Shown here: positions 37,798-46,556 of the stretch, in pieces
Position numbering within the stretch: the first letter of the stretch is position 1
Layout: each line of letters opens with the position of its first letter
Assembly: GCA_023138975.1 (NCBI GenBank)
Contig: JAGLON010000018.1
Span: 160,381-224,380, forward strand
Direction: 5' to 3'
DNA length: 64,000 nt
Source of the DNA: Candidatus Zixiibacteriota bacterium
GTDB taxonomy: Bacteria > Zixibacteria > MSB-5A5 > GN15 > JAAZOE01
Notes under the pieces: model-generated
The model's database searches: none
Seen by the model: the letters and a program-made list of their open reading frames with translations, nothing else
What the model was told of the DNA's origin: nothing
Position numbers and translations under genes: made by a program

Positions 37798-38412
37798 TTA
37801 ACTGTTTATATACTTCGCGACATTGGTATAATCGTGCATGTAAGTATAAGCACGACTTAATTCAAGATTTACTAAGCTTTCTCCATAGGATGATTCATAG
37901 TCATCCGTTATTTGAGATTCTTTATAATTGGCTTTATAGGCATCCTCAAAATCAAGAACTGCCTCACTGAATTTTTTCAGACACATATAAGTTCTACCCC
38001 TATTGAGATAATATAAATAGAGGTCTGAATATCGCTCTTCGTCTTCATATATGCTGAGAAGATCTGAAATATTTTCCAAATTGATTAAAGCTTTTCCGTA
38101 TTGGGATTGATGATAGAAGGAAAAGCCGAGATATTGATAACAGAGCAAATAGGGTGTTGATATTTTCTCATCATCGGGAAGTAGCTTTAAACATCTTATT
38201 AAGTATTTTTGACAGTCCTTATACTTATTAAGGTAGTAATAACTTTCATCAAGATGAAGGCTAATGTTCCATTCTTCAATTGTATCCGTGTGGTATTCAA
38301 GTAAATGCTTTAACAAAGGAACCGCTTTTTCATACAAAAAGTTATCGCTATAATCCGCAGCCTCCAGAAGCATTATTCCAGCATTTTCTCTCGAATGAAT
38401 TTCACATTTCAT
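37798..38412 (-). CDS. hypothetical TPR-like helical-repeat protein (AT-rich gene)
   Basis: 204-aa ORF with helical-repeat character (YEKAVPLLKHLLEYH, YGKALINLENI, FSEAVLDFEDAYKAN). No signal peptide. Markedly AT-rich. Confidence 0.55.
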   Translation of the reverse strand: MKCEIHSRENAGIMLLEAADYSDNFLYEKAVPLLKHLLEYHTDTIEEWNISLHLDESYYYLNKYKDCQKYLIRCLKLLPDDEKISTPYLLCYQYLGFSFYHQSQYGKALINLENISDLLSIYEDEERYSDLYLYYLNRGRTYMCLKKFSEAVLDFEDAYKANYKESQITDDYESSYGESLVNLELSRAYTYMHDYTNVAKYINS

Positions 38413-38489
38413 TTTCTTATTTGTCCTTTATTACTATAACAACACAGGTGAGTAATATTCACTCAATCCCAATAATTTATTAAGTGAAT

Positions 38490-38575
38490 GCCAACCTGCG
38501 ATTGGCAATGTCAGGAGCACGGGGCTCCTGACCTACGGGGCTATAGTGCCCCACGCAGTGGGTAGGTTTTGACCA
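38490..38575. repeat. hairpin-module cluster H
   Basis: The reverse complement of 38502-38573 matches 32052-32105 with an internal GTAG-headed hairpin (gtaggtcaggagc-cccgt-gctcctgac). Confidence 0.8.
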
Positions 38576-38583
38576 ACAGCTTT

Positions 38584-39090
38584 CTACAATCTCTTAGATG
38601 TAAACTTTTTGGCGAGCATCTTGGAATGCTTGCGGCGCTCAAGCCGCCGCTGGTAACGCTCAGGGGCGCTCTGGTGGAGTTCTTTTTCGAAATCAGTCTC
38701 TGGAATCACCGGCAATACCGGAATGGTTTTACCGTCCTCTCCAATAGCAACAAAAGTCAAAAACGACGAGGCACAAACCTTACGTTCCGCAGTCTTCAGA
38801 TTCTCACTGATGATATTTACATAGACTTCCATCGAGGTATTATGCGTCCAGGTCACGAAGGCTTCCATACAGATCATTTCACCGACATTGATAGCATGAA
38901 GAAAATCGACCGAGTCGGTCGAAGCGGTGACGACTTGCTGACGGGCATGGCGGTAGGCGGCTATCGAGGCGATGTCGTCAATATAGTTCATGACCATGCC
39001 GCCAAACATGGTGCCCAGCACATTGGAATCGGGAGGAAGAACGAGCATGGCTTTGATGGTACGAGATTGCGCTACGGTTTTTGACTCCAC
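38584..39090 (-). CDS. acyl-CoA thioesterase (hotdog fold, YciA/BFIT-like)
   Basis: LVLPPDSNVLGTMFGGMVMNYIDDIASIAA. GTG start at 39090 is preceded by AAGGAG (39097-39102); the longer ORF-track N-terminus runs into repeat modules. Confidence 0.8.
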   Translation of the reverse strand: MESKTVAQSRTIKAMLVLPPDSNVLGTMFGGMVMNYIDDIASIAAYRHARQQVVTASTDSVDFLHAINVGEMICMEAFVTWTHNTSMEVYVNIISENLKTAERKVCASSFLTFVAIGEDGKTIPVLPVIPETDFEKELHQSAPERYQRRLERRKHSKMLAKKFTSKRL

Positions 39091-39408
39091 AAGGTTCTCC
39101 TTCTTGGGCCTGATTGTTTTATTTATACCGTCGGGCCACACTCCTGCCAGCGGCGGGGGCCAAGCCCTCAACTATATTGGGACTATAGCCGACAGAATAG
39201 GTCATTATTTTTTGTATTGTTTCGTTGGGTCTTGGCGTGCCAACGGTGCGGTGTGACCCAGCGATAGTAGTTATATAAAGTTACGAGTCGGAGGTAAAGT
39301 CAAGTTGATAATGTTTTGGAATCTCCGTATCACATTTTTAACGGTTAACTTGCTGATAGAGTAAAATAACTATAGATTGTAAGAAATAAAAAACAGCAGG
39401 AATATTTT

Positions 39409-39900
39409 ATGGATGCCACTTGCAAAGAGATGGTCTGGCGACAACTTGGCGCCGCAATCGATACTCTTGAGAACTGTATAACGGAATGCCCTGATGAACG
39501 ATGGGATGATCGAGCCAGGAGGGTAAAATACTGGTATGATGTTTTCCACGCTCTGTTCTGGCTGGACTATTATATGTCGGATGATCATGATAGTTTTCAT
39601 CCGCCGGAGCCGTTTGGTCTTGAGGAGATGGATCCGGCTGGGATAATACCCGCGCGAGCTTATACCAAAGAGGAGTTGTTGACTTATCTGAATTTTGGCC
39701 GGGAAAAAGCCAGAGCAAGGATAGAGTCTATGACGGTTGAGAAAGCGTCTGAGGTTTATAAATTCAGGAAAGCCGATGTCAGGTTAGATGAATTATTCTT
39801 GTACATTATGCGTCATATTCAGCATCATGCGGGTCAATTGAATCTGATATTGCGCGATGAATACGACCAAGGTAGTCGCTGGGTATTTCAGGCTAAATAG
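39409..39900 (+). CDS. DinB-family protein
   Basis: 163 aa; C-terminal MRHIQHHAGQL. Confidence 0.7.
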   Translation: MDATCKEMVWRQLGAAIDTLENCITECPDERWDDRARRVKYWYDVFHALFWLDYYMSDDHDSFHPPEPFGLEEMDPAGIIPARAYTKEELLTYLNFGREKARARIESMTVEKASEVYKFRKADVRLDELFLYIMRHIQHHAGQLNLILRDEYDQGSRWVFQAK

Positions 39901-39930
39901 TTACACGAACTGAACTTAAAATATTATTAT

Positions 39931-40046
39931 GTGGGCGGCAGATGTCCCATCTGCCCCTTAAATACAAAAACGGGTATATGGTTCACTGTTGTTTTTCTGG
40001 ATTCCCGACTCGTCCGCCTAACGTGCGGACTCTCGGGAATGACAGG
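39931..40046. repeat. hairpin-module cluster G
   Basis: GTGG-headed hairpin gcggcagatg-tcc-catctgcccc (39931-39957), and ctggattcccga...tcgggaatgacagg (39997-40046), a paralogue of 35871-35918. Confidence 0.8.
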
Positions 40047-40127
40047 GGTAGATGAGGGTAACTATTCTATTCCGAGCATGGAGTTTATCAACAGGCTCAA
40101 TAGCGTAATGCTTCCAATAACTCAATG

Positions 40128-40679
40128 CTACGCCGCGTTGAATGCTTGGTTGATATATAGTCCGGCGGTGAGTTCAGCTACTATCCCCTCGCCAAGCCCG
40201 TCAATATATGTACCGAAGGCGCCTTCGCTCTCAGATGATAAAGTCAGGAGTCCTACTTTTTGGCAGTCATACATAAGCGGAATAATCAAGACCGACTTAG
40301 TTCTCTCAGAGAGTATTATTTTTCTCTCAATAATGTTTGATGATATATGATCAGGATAATTGTCAGCTACAGGATATCCTTGCATAAGAACCTGATACAT
40401 GTTTGAGTTATTGTTTTGTATGATTAAGGTCAAGCCAGTGTTCCATCGGCGTCTTTTGTATATGTGTGTAACATGAAGGTTGTTTTGATTTGGATTAAAG
40501 TGCGACAGCGAGGCTTTTTCAATACTGAAAAAGCGCGATAGTTTGGCTATTGTTTGTCTTAGAAGCGTATCAATTCCTTTGGGGTCTATTTTAGTGTCCG
40601 AATAAGGTGTTTCTTTTTGATAAGTCGGCTGGTTCATTAATGACTCCACACTGCATTGATGATTCCACAAATCCGCCAT
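40128..40679 (-). CDS. GAF-like domain protein
   Basis: 183 aa; SVLIIPLMYDCQKVGLLTLSSE pattern. Last gene of the HK-RR operon. Confidence 0.55.
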   Translation of the reverse strand: MADLWNHQCSVESLMNQPTYQKETPYSDTKIDPKGIDTLLRQTIAKLSRFFSIEKASLSHFNPNQNNLHVTHIYKRRRWNTGLTLIIQNNNSNMYQVLMQGYPVADNYPDHISSNIIERKIILSERTKSVLIIPLMYDCQKVGLLTLSSESEGAFGTYIDGLGEGIVAELTAGLYINQAFNAA

Positions 40680-40704
40680 ACAAAGGCCCCCTTGATTTTA
40701 GGAT

Positions 40705-42078
40705 TTATTTCATTTTGGCCGGCTGGGCCAAATTAAATTTCTTTATTTTTCGCCACAAAGTCGTTCGTCCTATGCCCAGTTGGTTGGCGGTTAATGAATG
40801 ATTCCAGTTATTCTCTTCAAGCGATTTCAGTATTTGCAGTTTTTGACCATCCTGCAACGAGCGGGTACTTAATGAAATAGTTGGATGAGTTGTCAATTGT
40901 GTTTCTCTCGGTGAAATGAAGATAATGTCCTCATATTGAATCTGATTGCGCCCCGAAAGAGCCACTGCCCGTTTGAGAGTATTTTCCAACTCCCGGACGT
41001 TGCCGGGCCAGTTGTGCTTGAGAAGTAATTCGAGACCGTCGGCCGACAATGTAATCGGTGACCGGTTGTATTCTTTGGAAATGTTCTTCAAAAAGTATTC
41101 TGCCAGCGCCGGAATATCCTCGGGCCGTTCCCGGAGTGCTGGAATAAGTATTGGCATTACATTGAGCCGGTAATAAAGATCCTCGCGGAAGGTGCCCTCG
41201 CTGACCATCTTACTCAAATCAGCATTAGTCGCGGCAATGATTCGAACATTAATCTTGCGGGAATGATTGCCTCCCACCGGACGGACTTCTTTTTCCTGTA
41301 AAACGCGCAGGATTTTTGCCTGAAGCGGGTAGGGCAGATCGCCGACTTCGTCTAAGAATATCGTGCCGCCTTCAGCTTCCTCAAAAAGACCCTTTTTATT
41401 GGTAATGGCATTAGTAAAGGAGCCTTTAACGTGTCCGAATAACTCGGATTCCAAGAGATTTTCCGGGATGGCGGAGCAGTTGATGGGAACGAATGACTTG
41501 TCACGGCGGTCACTATGATGATGGGTCACCTTGGCGAATAATTCTTTGCCGGTACCTGATTCCCCGGTAATCAGAATCGAGATATTCATTCCGGCTATTC
41601 GATCGATGACCGATTTCAGATTGTCAATAATCTTTGAGGTTCCAATGATATTATCATACCCGAATTGATGAGCAACTTCCTGCCGTAGGTAACGGATAGT
41701 ATGTCTCAGGTCGATATGTTCTAGAGCTTTATTTACTTTGAAAACAACTTCAGCGCTTTTAAATGGTTTGGTGATATAATCCGAGGCGCCGTTTAGAATT
41801 GCCTGAACTGCGGTTTCGACGGTTCCGTAGGCGGTCATAATAATAACTTCGGTTTCTGGATGGATTCGCTTGGAATTCATTAATATATCAAGCCCTGAAT
41901 CTGAACCCAGGCGGAGATCGGTTAACACTAAATCAAAAACCTGTGATTCAAGATGAATGATGGCTTCTTTTTTATCCTGTGCTACAGAGGTATCAAATCC
42001 ATTCTTTGTAAATAACCTGAAAAGCATATTCCGCATTCCGGGTTCATCATCAACTATCAAAATCGAGGGCATTACCAC
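40705..42078 (-). CDS. sigma-54-dependent response regulator (REC + AAA+ + HTH)
   Basis: ILIVDDEPGM...DLVLTDLRLG, GESGTGKE, GSFTNA (GAFTGA variant), ELFGH, ANQLGIGRTTLWRKIKKF. Confidence 0.9.
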   Translation of the reverse strand: MVMPSILIVDDEPGMRNMLFRLFTKNGFDTSVAQDKKEAIIHLESQVFDLVLTDLRLGSDSGLDILMNSKRIHPETEVIIMTAYGTVETAVQAILNGASDYITKPFKSAEVVFKVNKALEHIDLRHTIRYLRQEVAHQFGYDNIIGTSKIIDNLKSVIDRIAGMNISILITGESGTGKELFAKVTHHHSDRRDKSFVPINCSAIPENLLESELFGHVKGSFTNAITNKKGLFEEAEGGTIFLDEVGDLPYPLQAKILRVLQEKEVRPVGGNHSRKINVRIIAATNADLSKMVSEGTFREDLYYRLNVMPILIPALRERPEDIPALAEYFLKNISKEYNRSPITLSADGLELLLKHNWPGNVRELENTLKRAVALSGRNQIQYEDIIFISPRETQLTTHPTISLSTRSLQDGQKLQILKSLEENNWNHSLTANQLGIGRTTLWRKIKKFNLAQPAKMK

Positions 42079-42805
42079 TCCTTTTATGAGTTCCGGTATT
42101 AAGAGTAATAGTTACGGTCGTACCAATGTGTTTTTCTGATTGTATACGCATATTACCGTTATGACGGCGCACAGCCTGGTCGGCAATAGATAGCCCGAGC
42201 CCGGTTTTACCCGGTTTGGTTGTAACAAATGGACAGGCAACCAGAGGCAACTGTTCGGGAGGAATCCCGGAACCATTGTCACGGATTTCTATGGTGATAC
42301 TATTGTCCTGTGAACAAACGGATAGCTTTATAGATCCGCCTGAAATATTGGTGATACTCTCAAAGGCATTTTCAAGGAGACTATCTATCATCACGCAAAT
42401 AATTTCGGAATCACCATTGAAAAACAGGTCGTCGGTACTGGAAACGAATTCTGCATTGACCGAGCTTGATTGCCCGGAGGCGCGGTCGGAGGCATGGGCT
42501 AAGCGGGATTGACACAGTTCGTTTAGATCAATCTGTATTTGAGTATTATTGTTATGGCAGGCAAAAAGGGTAAAACGCTTGAGAACGTCGTTGAGTGAAT
42601 CGGCTGCTTCTATTATACTGCGAATAAATGACAATTCGTCTTCACCAATTGGTTCATCAGGAGTCAATTCAATCTGGCTGGCAGCGGTCGTGATTACACT
42701 CAGAGGATTTCGTAACTTGTGCGTGAGCCTCTGTGCGATCCAGGGAAGCGATTGATAATCATCTGTGGAAGGACACTTTGGCACAAGCAGTGAAAGATCA
42801 CTCAT
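42050..42805 (-). CDS. soluble histidine kinase (HisKA + HATPase_c, no sensor or TM region)
   Basis: H-box RLTHKLRNPLSVI. DNGSGIP and GKTGLGLSIA (G-boxes). 251 aa. Overlaps the RR gene by 29 nt. Confidence 0.85.
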   Translation of the reverse strand: MSDLSLLVPKCPSTDDYQSLPWIAQRLTHKLRNPLSVITTAASQIELTPDEPIGEDELSFIRSIIEAADSLNDVLKRFTLFACHNNNTQIQIDLNELCQSRLAHASDRASGQSSSVNAEFVSSTDDLFFNGDSEIICVMIDSLLENAFESITNISGGSIKLSVCSQDNSITIEIRDNGSGIPPEQLPLVACPFVTTKPGKTGLGLSIADQAVRRHNGNMRIQSEKHIGTTVTITLNTGTHKRSGNALDFDS

Positions 42806-43187
42806 AGACTAACATTACCTTTTGTTTCAATCTGCAACATTTACTTAAGATATCGGCGGATTACCGCTTATATTAACAACCGGAGATCGGTTTTTTTAAT
42901 GTGATAGAGTCTGAAAAGTGATCTCCCGTTAAAGGCAAGGCCGTAACTAATGCCATATCAATACGTTACCACCGGTAAAGGGTATAGTTTTAAAATCTGA
43001 CGAGTTTAGTTTGGTCTTACTTTAGGCATCCCATTGTTTGCAGGAAGATGAATATATATTAAATTAATTCTGGTTCATCTTGAAATGAGAAAACCAAATG
43101 AAAGTAAAAATAAGGATATTTTGCGCTTTGTTTATGGCATTTCGTTTTTTTTCTTGACTAAAGAGGGCATTTTTTATAACTAAGCCT

Positions 43188-43469
43188 ATGCCAATATCAA
43201 TGGAGCAAGTCGAGCGTGTGGCCGGTCTGGCACGGCTGAAATTAACCCCCACAGAAAAAGAGTCTCTAAAAACCGAACTCTCTCAAATTATCACTTATTT
43301 TGATTTGCTCAGCGAAGTTAACACCGAAAACATTAGTCTGATTGAGGAGAATGTTTCTCCAAGGCAGCTTCGCGATGATATTCCAACCAAATCACTGGAT
43401 GTAGAAGACGCGCTTAAAAACGCTTCTCGAACAAAGGATAATTGTATTATCGTGCCTCGGATTTTATAA
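43188..43469 (+). CDS. gatC: Asp/Glu-tRNA amidotransferase subunit C
   Basis: MPISMEQVERVAGLARLKLTPTEKE...; 93 aa. Confidence 0.9.
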   Translation: MPISMEQVERVAGLARLKLTPTEKESLKTELSQIITYFDLLSEVNTENISLIEENVSPRQLRDDIPTKSLDVEDALKNASRTKDNCIIVPRIL

Positions 43470-43471
43470 CA

Positions 43472-44221
43472 GTGTCCCATGTGACCGCCATTATTCCCGC
43501 CCGCCTGCAAAGCAAGCGGTTTCCCCGCAAGGTGTTATTCCCTTTAAAAGGAAAGCCGCTGATTTATTATGTATGGAAAGCGGCGACTCAATCCAAACTA
43601 ATCAATCAAATCTTCATCGCCACTGATTCGGAAGAAATCGGACGGACGGTCAACAGTTTCGGCGGCGCCGTGATTATGACTTCAGCCAAACCAAAAAATG
43701 GGTCTGAGCGGGCGGCCGAAGCGGTTCGGGAAATGAAGACTAATATCGTGGTCAATATCCAAGCGGACAACCTAGGGCTAAAGGGTAGTATCCTTGATCG
43801 GGTTATTCGGGAAATGATAGCCGATCGGAAAATCAATTTCGCGACACTGGCTCGCAAAATCGACGGCAAGGACTGGAAGAAGAAGATTAACAACCCTGAT
43901 GTTGTAAAAACCATTATGACTGCAGACAGCCATGCCGGGTGGTTTTCACGATTACCGATTCCATACATTCAGCGTCCGGGCAGAAAACGGTCAATTGATT
44001 TATATAGTTTTTTGGAACACATCGGTGTATATTTTTATCGTAAGCAGGCTTTGATGGACTATGCCTTGTGGGACCGAGCCATGACTGAAAAAGTCGAGTC
44101 TTTGGAGCAGCTTCGGATTTTGGAAAATGGGGGTAGGATTCGACTATTTACTACTCGCACCAATATCCTGTCAGTTGACAGTAAGAAAGTATTGGAAAAA
44201 ATAGGCAATATTTTAAAATAG
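43472..44221 (+). CDS. kdsB: 3-deoxy-manno-octulosonate cytidylyltransferase (CMP-KDO synthetase)
   Basis: VTAIIPARLQSKRFPRKVL..LKGKPLIYYVW...IATDSEEI...NGSERAAEAV. GTG start chosen just after the gatC stop (uncertain by a few codons). Confidence 0.85.
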   Translation: MSHVTAIIPARLQSKRFPRKVLFPLKGKPLIYYVWKAATQSKLINQIFIATDSEEIGRTVNSFGGAVIMTSAKPKNGSERAAEAVREMKTNIVVNIQADNLGLKGSILDRVIREMIADRKINFATLARKIDGKDWKKKINNPDVVKTIMTADSHAGWFSRLPIPYIQRPGRKRSIDLYSFLEHIGVYFYRKQALMDYALWDRAMTEKVESLEQLRILENGGRIRLFTTRTNILSVDSKKVLEKIGNILK

Positions 44222-45895
44222 ATGGAGAGAGACGTGGAGGAGCGTAAGACTAAATATGTGTTTATTACCGGCGGGGTAGTATCCTCATTGGGAAAAGGGA
44301 TAGCATCGGCATCGCTGGGATTACTTCTAAAAAAACGGGGACTTTCGGTCAATATTCTCAAACTCGACCCGTATCTGAATGTTGATCCGGGGACGATGAA
44401 TCCGTTCCAGCATGGCGAGGTATATGTTCTTGATGATGGTTCCGAGACTGATCTGGATTTGGGGCATTACGAGCGGTTTCTCAATCAATCAATGTGCTCG
44501 GACAATAATGTCACTTCGGGACAAATTTATCATACCATTATTACTCGCGAACGGCGCGGAGATTATCTCGGCGCGACGGTACAGGTTATTCCTCATGTGA
44601 CAGCTGAGCTAAAATCATCGATTAAAAAACTGAGCAAAATCAACGGTCACGTTGACGTGATCATCGCTGAAATCGGCGGCACTGTTGGTGATATTGAATC
44701 GCTACCGTTTATGGAAGCGATCCGTCAAATGGGCCTGGAAGGCGACCCGTCCGATACGATGTTTATTCATCTGACATTGGTGCCGTATATTGATGCGGCC
44801 GGCGAGCTAAAAACCAAACCGACACAGCATTCGGTCAAGGCTCTCAGGGAGATCGGTATTCAGCCGAATATGCTTTTGTGCCGTACGGCCAAGACGTTAG
44901 GTGATGATATCCGCAATAAAATAGCGCTGTTCTGTTCGGTGCCGAGCAAGAACGTTATTGAAGCCATAGACGCTTCGACGATATATGAAGTACCTCTGCT
45001 GTTTGAGGAGCATGATTTTTCCAATATCGTTCTCAAGCATTTGAATATTGAGGCTCCCGAGCCGGATTTGACCGAATGGGAAGATTTGGTCAATCGTATC
45101 AAACATCCCAATAACCGGATAAAAATCGCCATTTGCGGTAAATATGTCTATCTGAAGGACGCTTATAAATCCATCATGGAAGCGTTCTATCATGCCGGAG
45201 CCGAGAATGATGCCCGGGTTGATCTGGTCTGGGTTTCTTCTGAGGATATCAAAAAAGGCGGAGCGGCCAAGTTCCTTGACGATATCGACGGCCTCTTGAT
45301 TCCGGGAGGATTCGGCGAACGGGGAGTTGAGGGTAAGATTGAGTCTATCCGGTTTATCCGCGAAAATAAAATTCCGTTTTTAGGGATTTGTCTCGGTATG
45401 CACTGTGCCGTGATTGAATACGCTCGCAATGTCTGCGGATTGAAAGACGCTCATTCGTTTGAATTTTATCGCGAACTGAAAAACCCGGTGATTCATCTCA
45501 TGGCCGATCAGGAAAAGATTACCGGTCTGGGCGGAACTATGAGGCTGGGTTCGTATCCGGCGGTCATTGAAAAAGATAGCCTTACGTATAAAGCGTATGG
45601 CGAAACAGAAATTGCCGACCGTCATCGTCATCGTTATGAGTTTAACAATAAGTACCGCGACATGGTGACCAAGGACGGAATGAAACTGGTCGGTTTGTCG
45701 CCTGATGGTAAACTGGTGGAGGTTGTTGAAATAGAGAATCATCCATGGTATGTAGCAGTGCAGTATCATCCGGAACTGAAGTCGCATCCGACCAAGCCGC
45801 ATCCGTTGTTCAGAGATTTCATTGCGGCGGCGGTGAAGTACCATAAGGAGCGTCGTTCGGCGGTAGAAAACCCGGAACAAAACTCAATAGCGTAA
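44222..45895 (+). CDS. pyrG: CTP synthase
   Basis: KYVFITGGVVSSLGKGI, GTMNPFQHGEVYV, and the glutamine amidotransferase domain PFLGICLGMH. Confidence 0.95.
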   Translation: MERDVEERKTKYVFITGGVVSSLGKGIASASLGLLLKKRGLSVNILKLDPYLNVDPGTMNPFQHGEVYVLDDGSETDLDLGHYERFLNQSMCSDNNVTSGQIYHTIITRERRGDYLGATVQVIPHVTAELKSSIKKLSKINGHVDVIIAEIGGTVGDIESLPFMEAIRQMGLEGDPSDTMFIHLTLVPYIDAAGELKTKPTQHSVKALREIGIQPNMLLCRTAKTLGDDIRNKIALFCSVPSKNVIEAIDASTIYEVPLLFEEHDFSNIVLKHLNIEAPEPDLTEWEDLVNRIKHPNNRIKIAICGKYVYLKDAYKSIMEAFYHAGAENDARVDLVWVSSEDIKKGGAAKFLDDIDGLLIPGGFGERGVEGKIESIRFIRENKIPFLGICLGMHCAVIEYARNVCGLKDAHSFEFYRELKNPVIHLMADQEKITGLGGTMRLGSYPAVIEKDSLTYKAYGETEIADRHRHRYEFNNKYRDMVTKDGMKLVGLSPDGKLVEVVEIENHPWYVAVQYHPELKSHPTKPHPLFRDFIAAAVKYHKERRSAVENPEQNSIA

Positions 45896-45920
45896 GGGGG
45901 GATGAACCCCCAGAATTAAT

Positions 45921-45950
45921 AAAAGCCTCGTATTGTACGGGGCTTTTTTT
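45921..45950 (+). terminator. rho-independent terminator after pyrG
   Basis: aaaagcctcg-tattgta-cggggc followed by TTTTTTT. Confidence 0.8.
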
Positions 45951-46034
45951 ATAGTACCTAGCAGATGTGGACCTCCCGCAAGGCAGGACTATATCCTTCG
46001 GCCTCCTCGCAGTGACGGGTTAATTACTTTCGAG

Positions 46035-46107
46035 GTAGGGGACGACTCTGTCGTCCCGTCTGGAATCACTACATGAAATTTTTCGGGCTGACAAAGTCAG
46101 CCCCTAC
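46035..46107 (-). repeat. 73-bp REPIN-like inverted doublet (copy 2, inverted relative to 29742-29814)
   Basis: GTAGGGGACGAC-tct-GTCGTCCC ... GGGCTGAC-aaa-GTCAGCCCCTAC. Confidence 0.8.
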
Positions 46108-46430
46108 GATGAAACATGTGTGAATCCCAGAATCATATTGTGATATTAGCTTTCCCAGTAGCTGTGGACATCTCTCAAGCCGGGACTATAACGTGCCAAG
46201 AACACAACAGTTCTATTCGTCATCGCGAGGAGCCATGGTGACATGGCGATCTGTCAACATCCTAAACAGACTGCCACAAAACCCTTCAGGTTTCTCGCAG
46301 TGACGGATCATTTATCTTAGCATGAGATTAGATCGGTGGCCCATCCCGTAAGAGGTTCTTACCTCGTCGGGTGGTCTAAAGTCTCATTTGGTTCCCGCTT
46401 AGCGGGATCTGAGTGACGTAGGACATAATT

Positions 46431-46491
46431 GGTAACCCATGGCTTTAGCCATGGGAAACAAAAACACCCACGGCTAAAGCCGTGGGGTACC
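46431..46491. repeat. second REPIN-like doublet (two inverted copies of the cccaYggc-ttta-gccRtggg hairpin)
   Basis: ggtaacccatggctttagccatggg-aaacaaaaaca-cccacggctaaagccgtggggtacc. Confidence 0.75.
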
Positions 46492-46525
46492 GGAACATGA
46501 ACCCCCTTATAAAAGATCCCTATAA

Positions 46526-46556
46526 CAAAAAGCCCCGTATTGTGCGGGGCTTTTTT
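46526..46556 (-). terminator. rho-independent (bidirectional) terminator after the 832-aa gene; near-duplicate of 45921-45950
   Basis: aaaaagccccg-tattgtg-cggggctttttt. Confidence 0.8.

Larger units (their letters stand above)
45951..46525. repeat. hairpin-module mosaic F
   Basis: 45967-45996, 45995-46020, 46035-46107, 46164-46192, 46283-46306 and 46431-46491, all with copies here or in other gaps. Confidence 0.85.
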
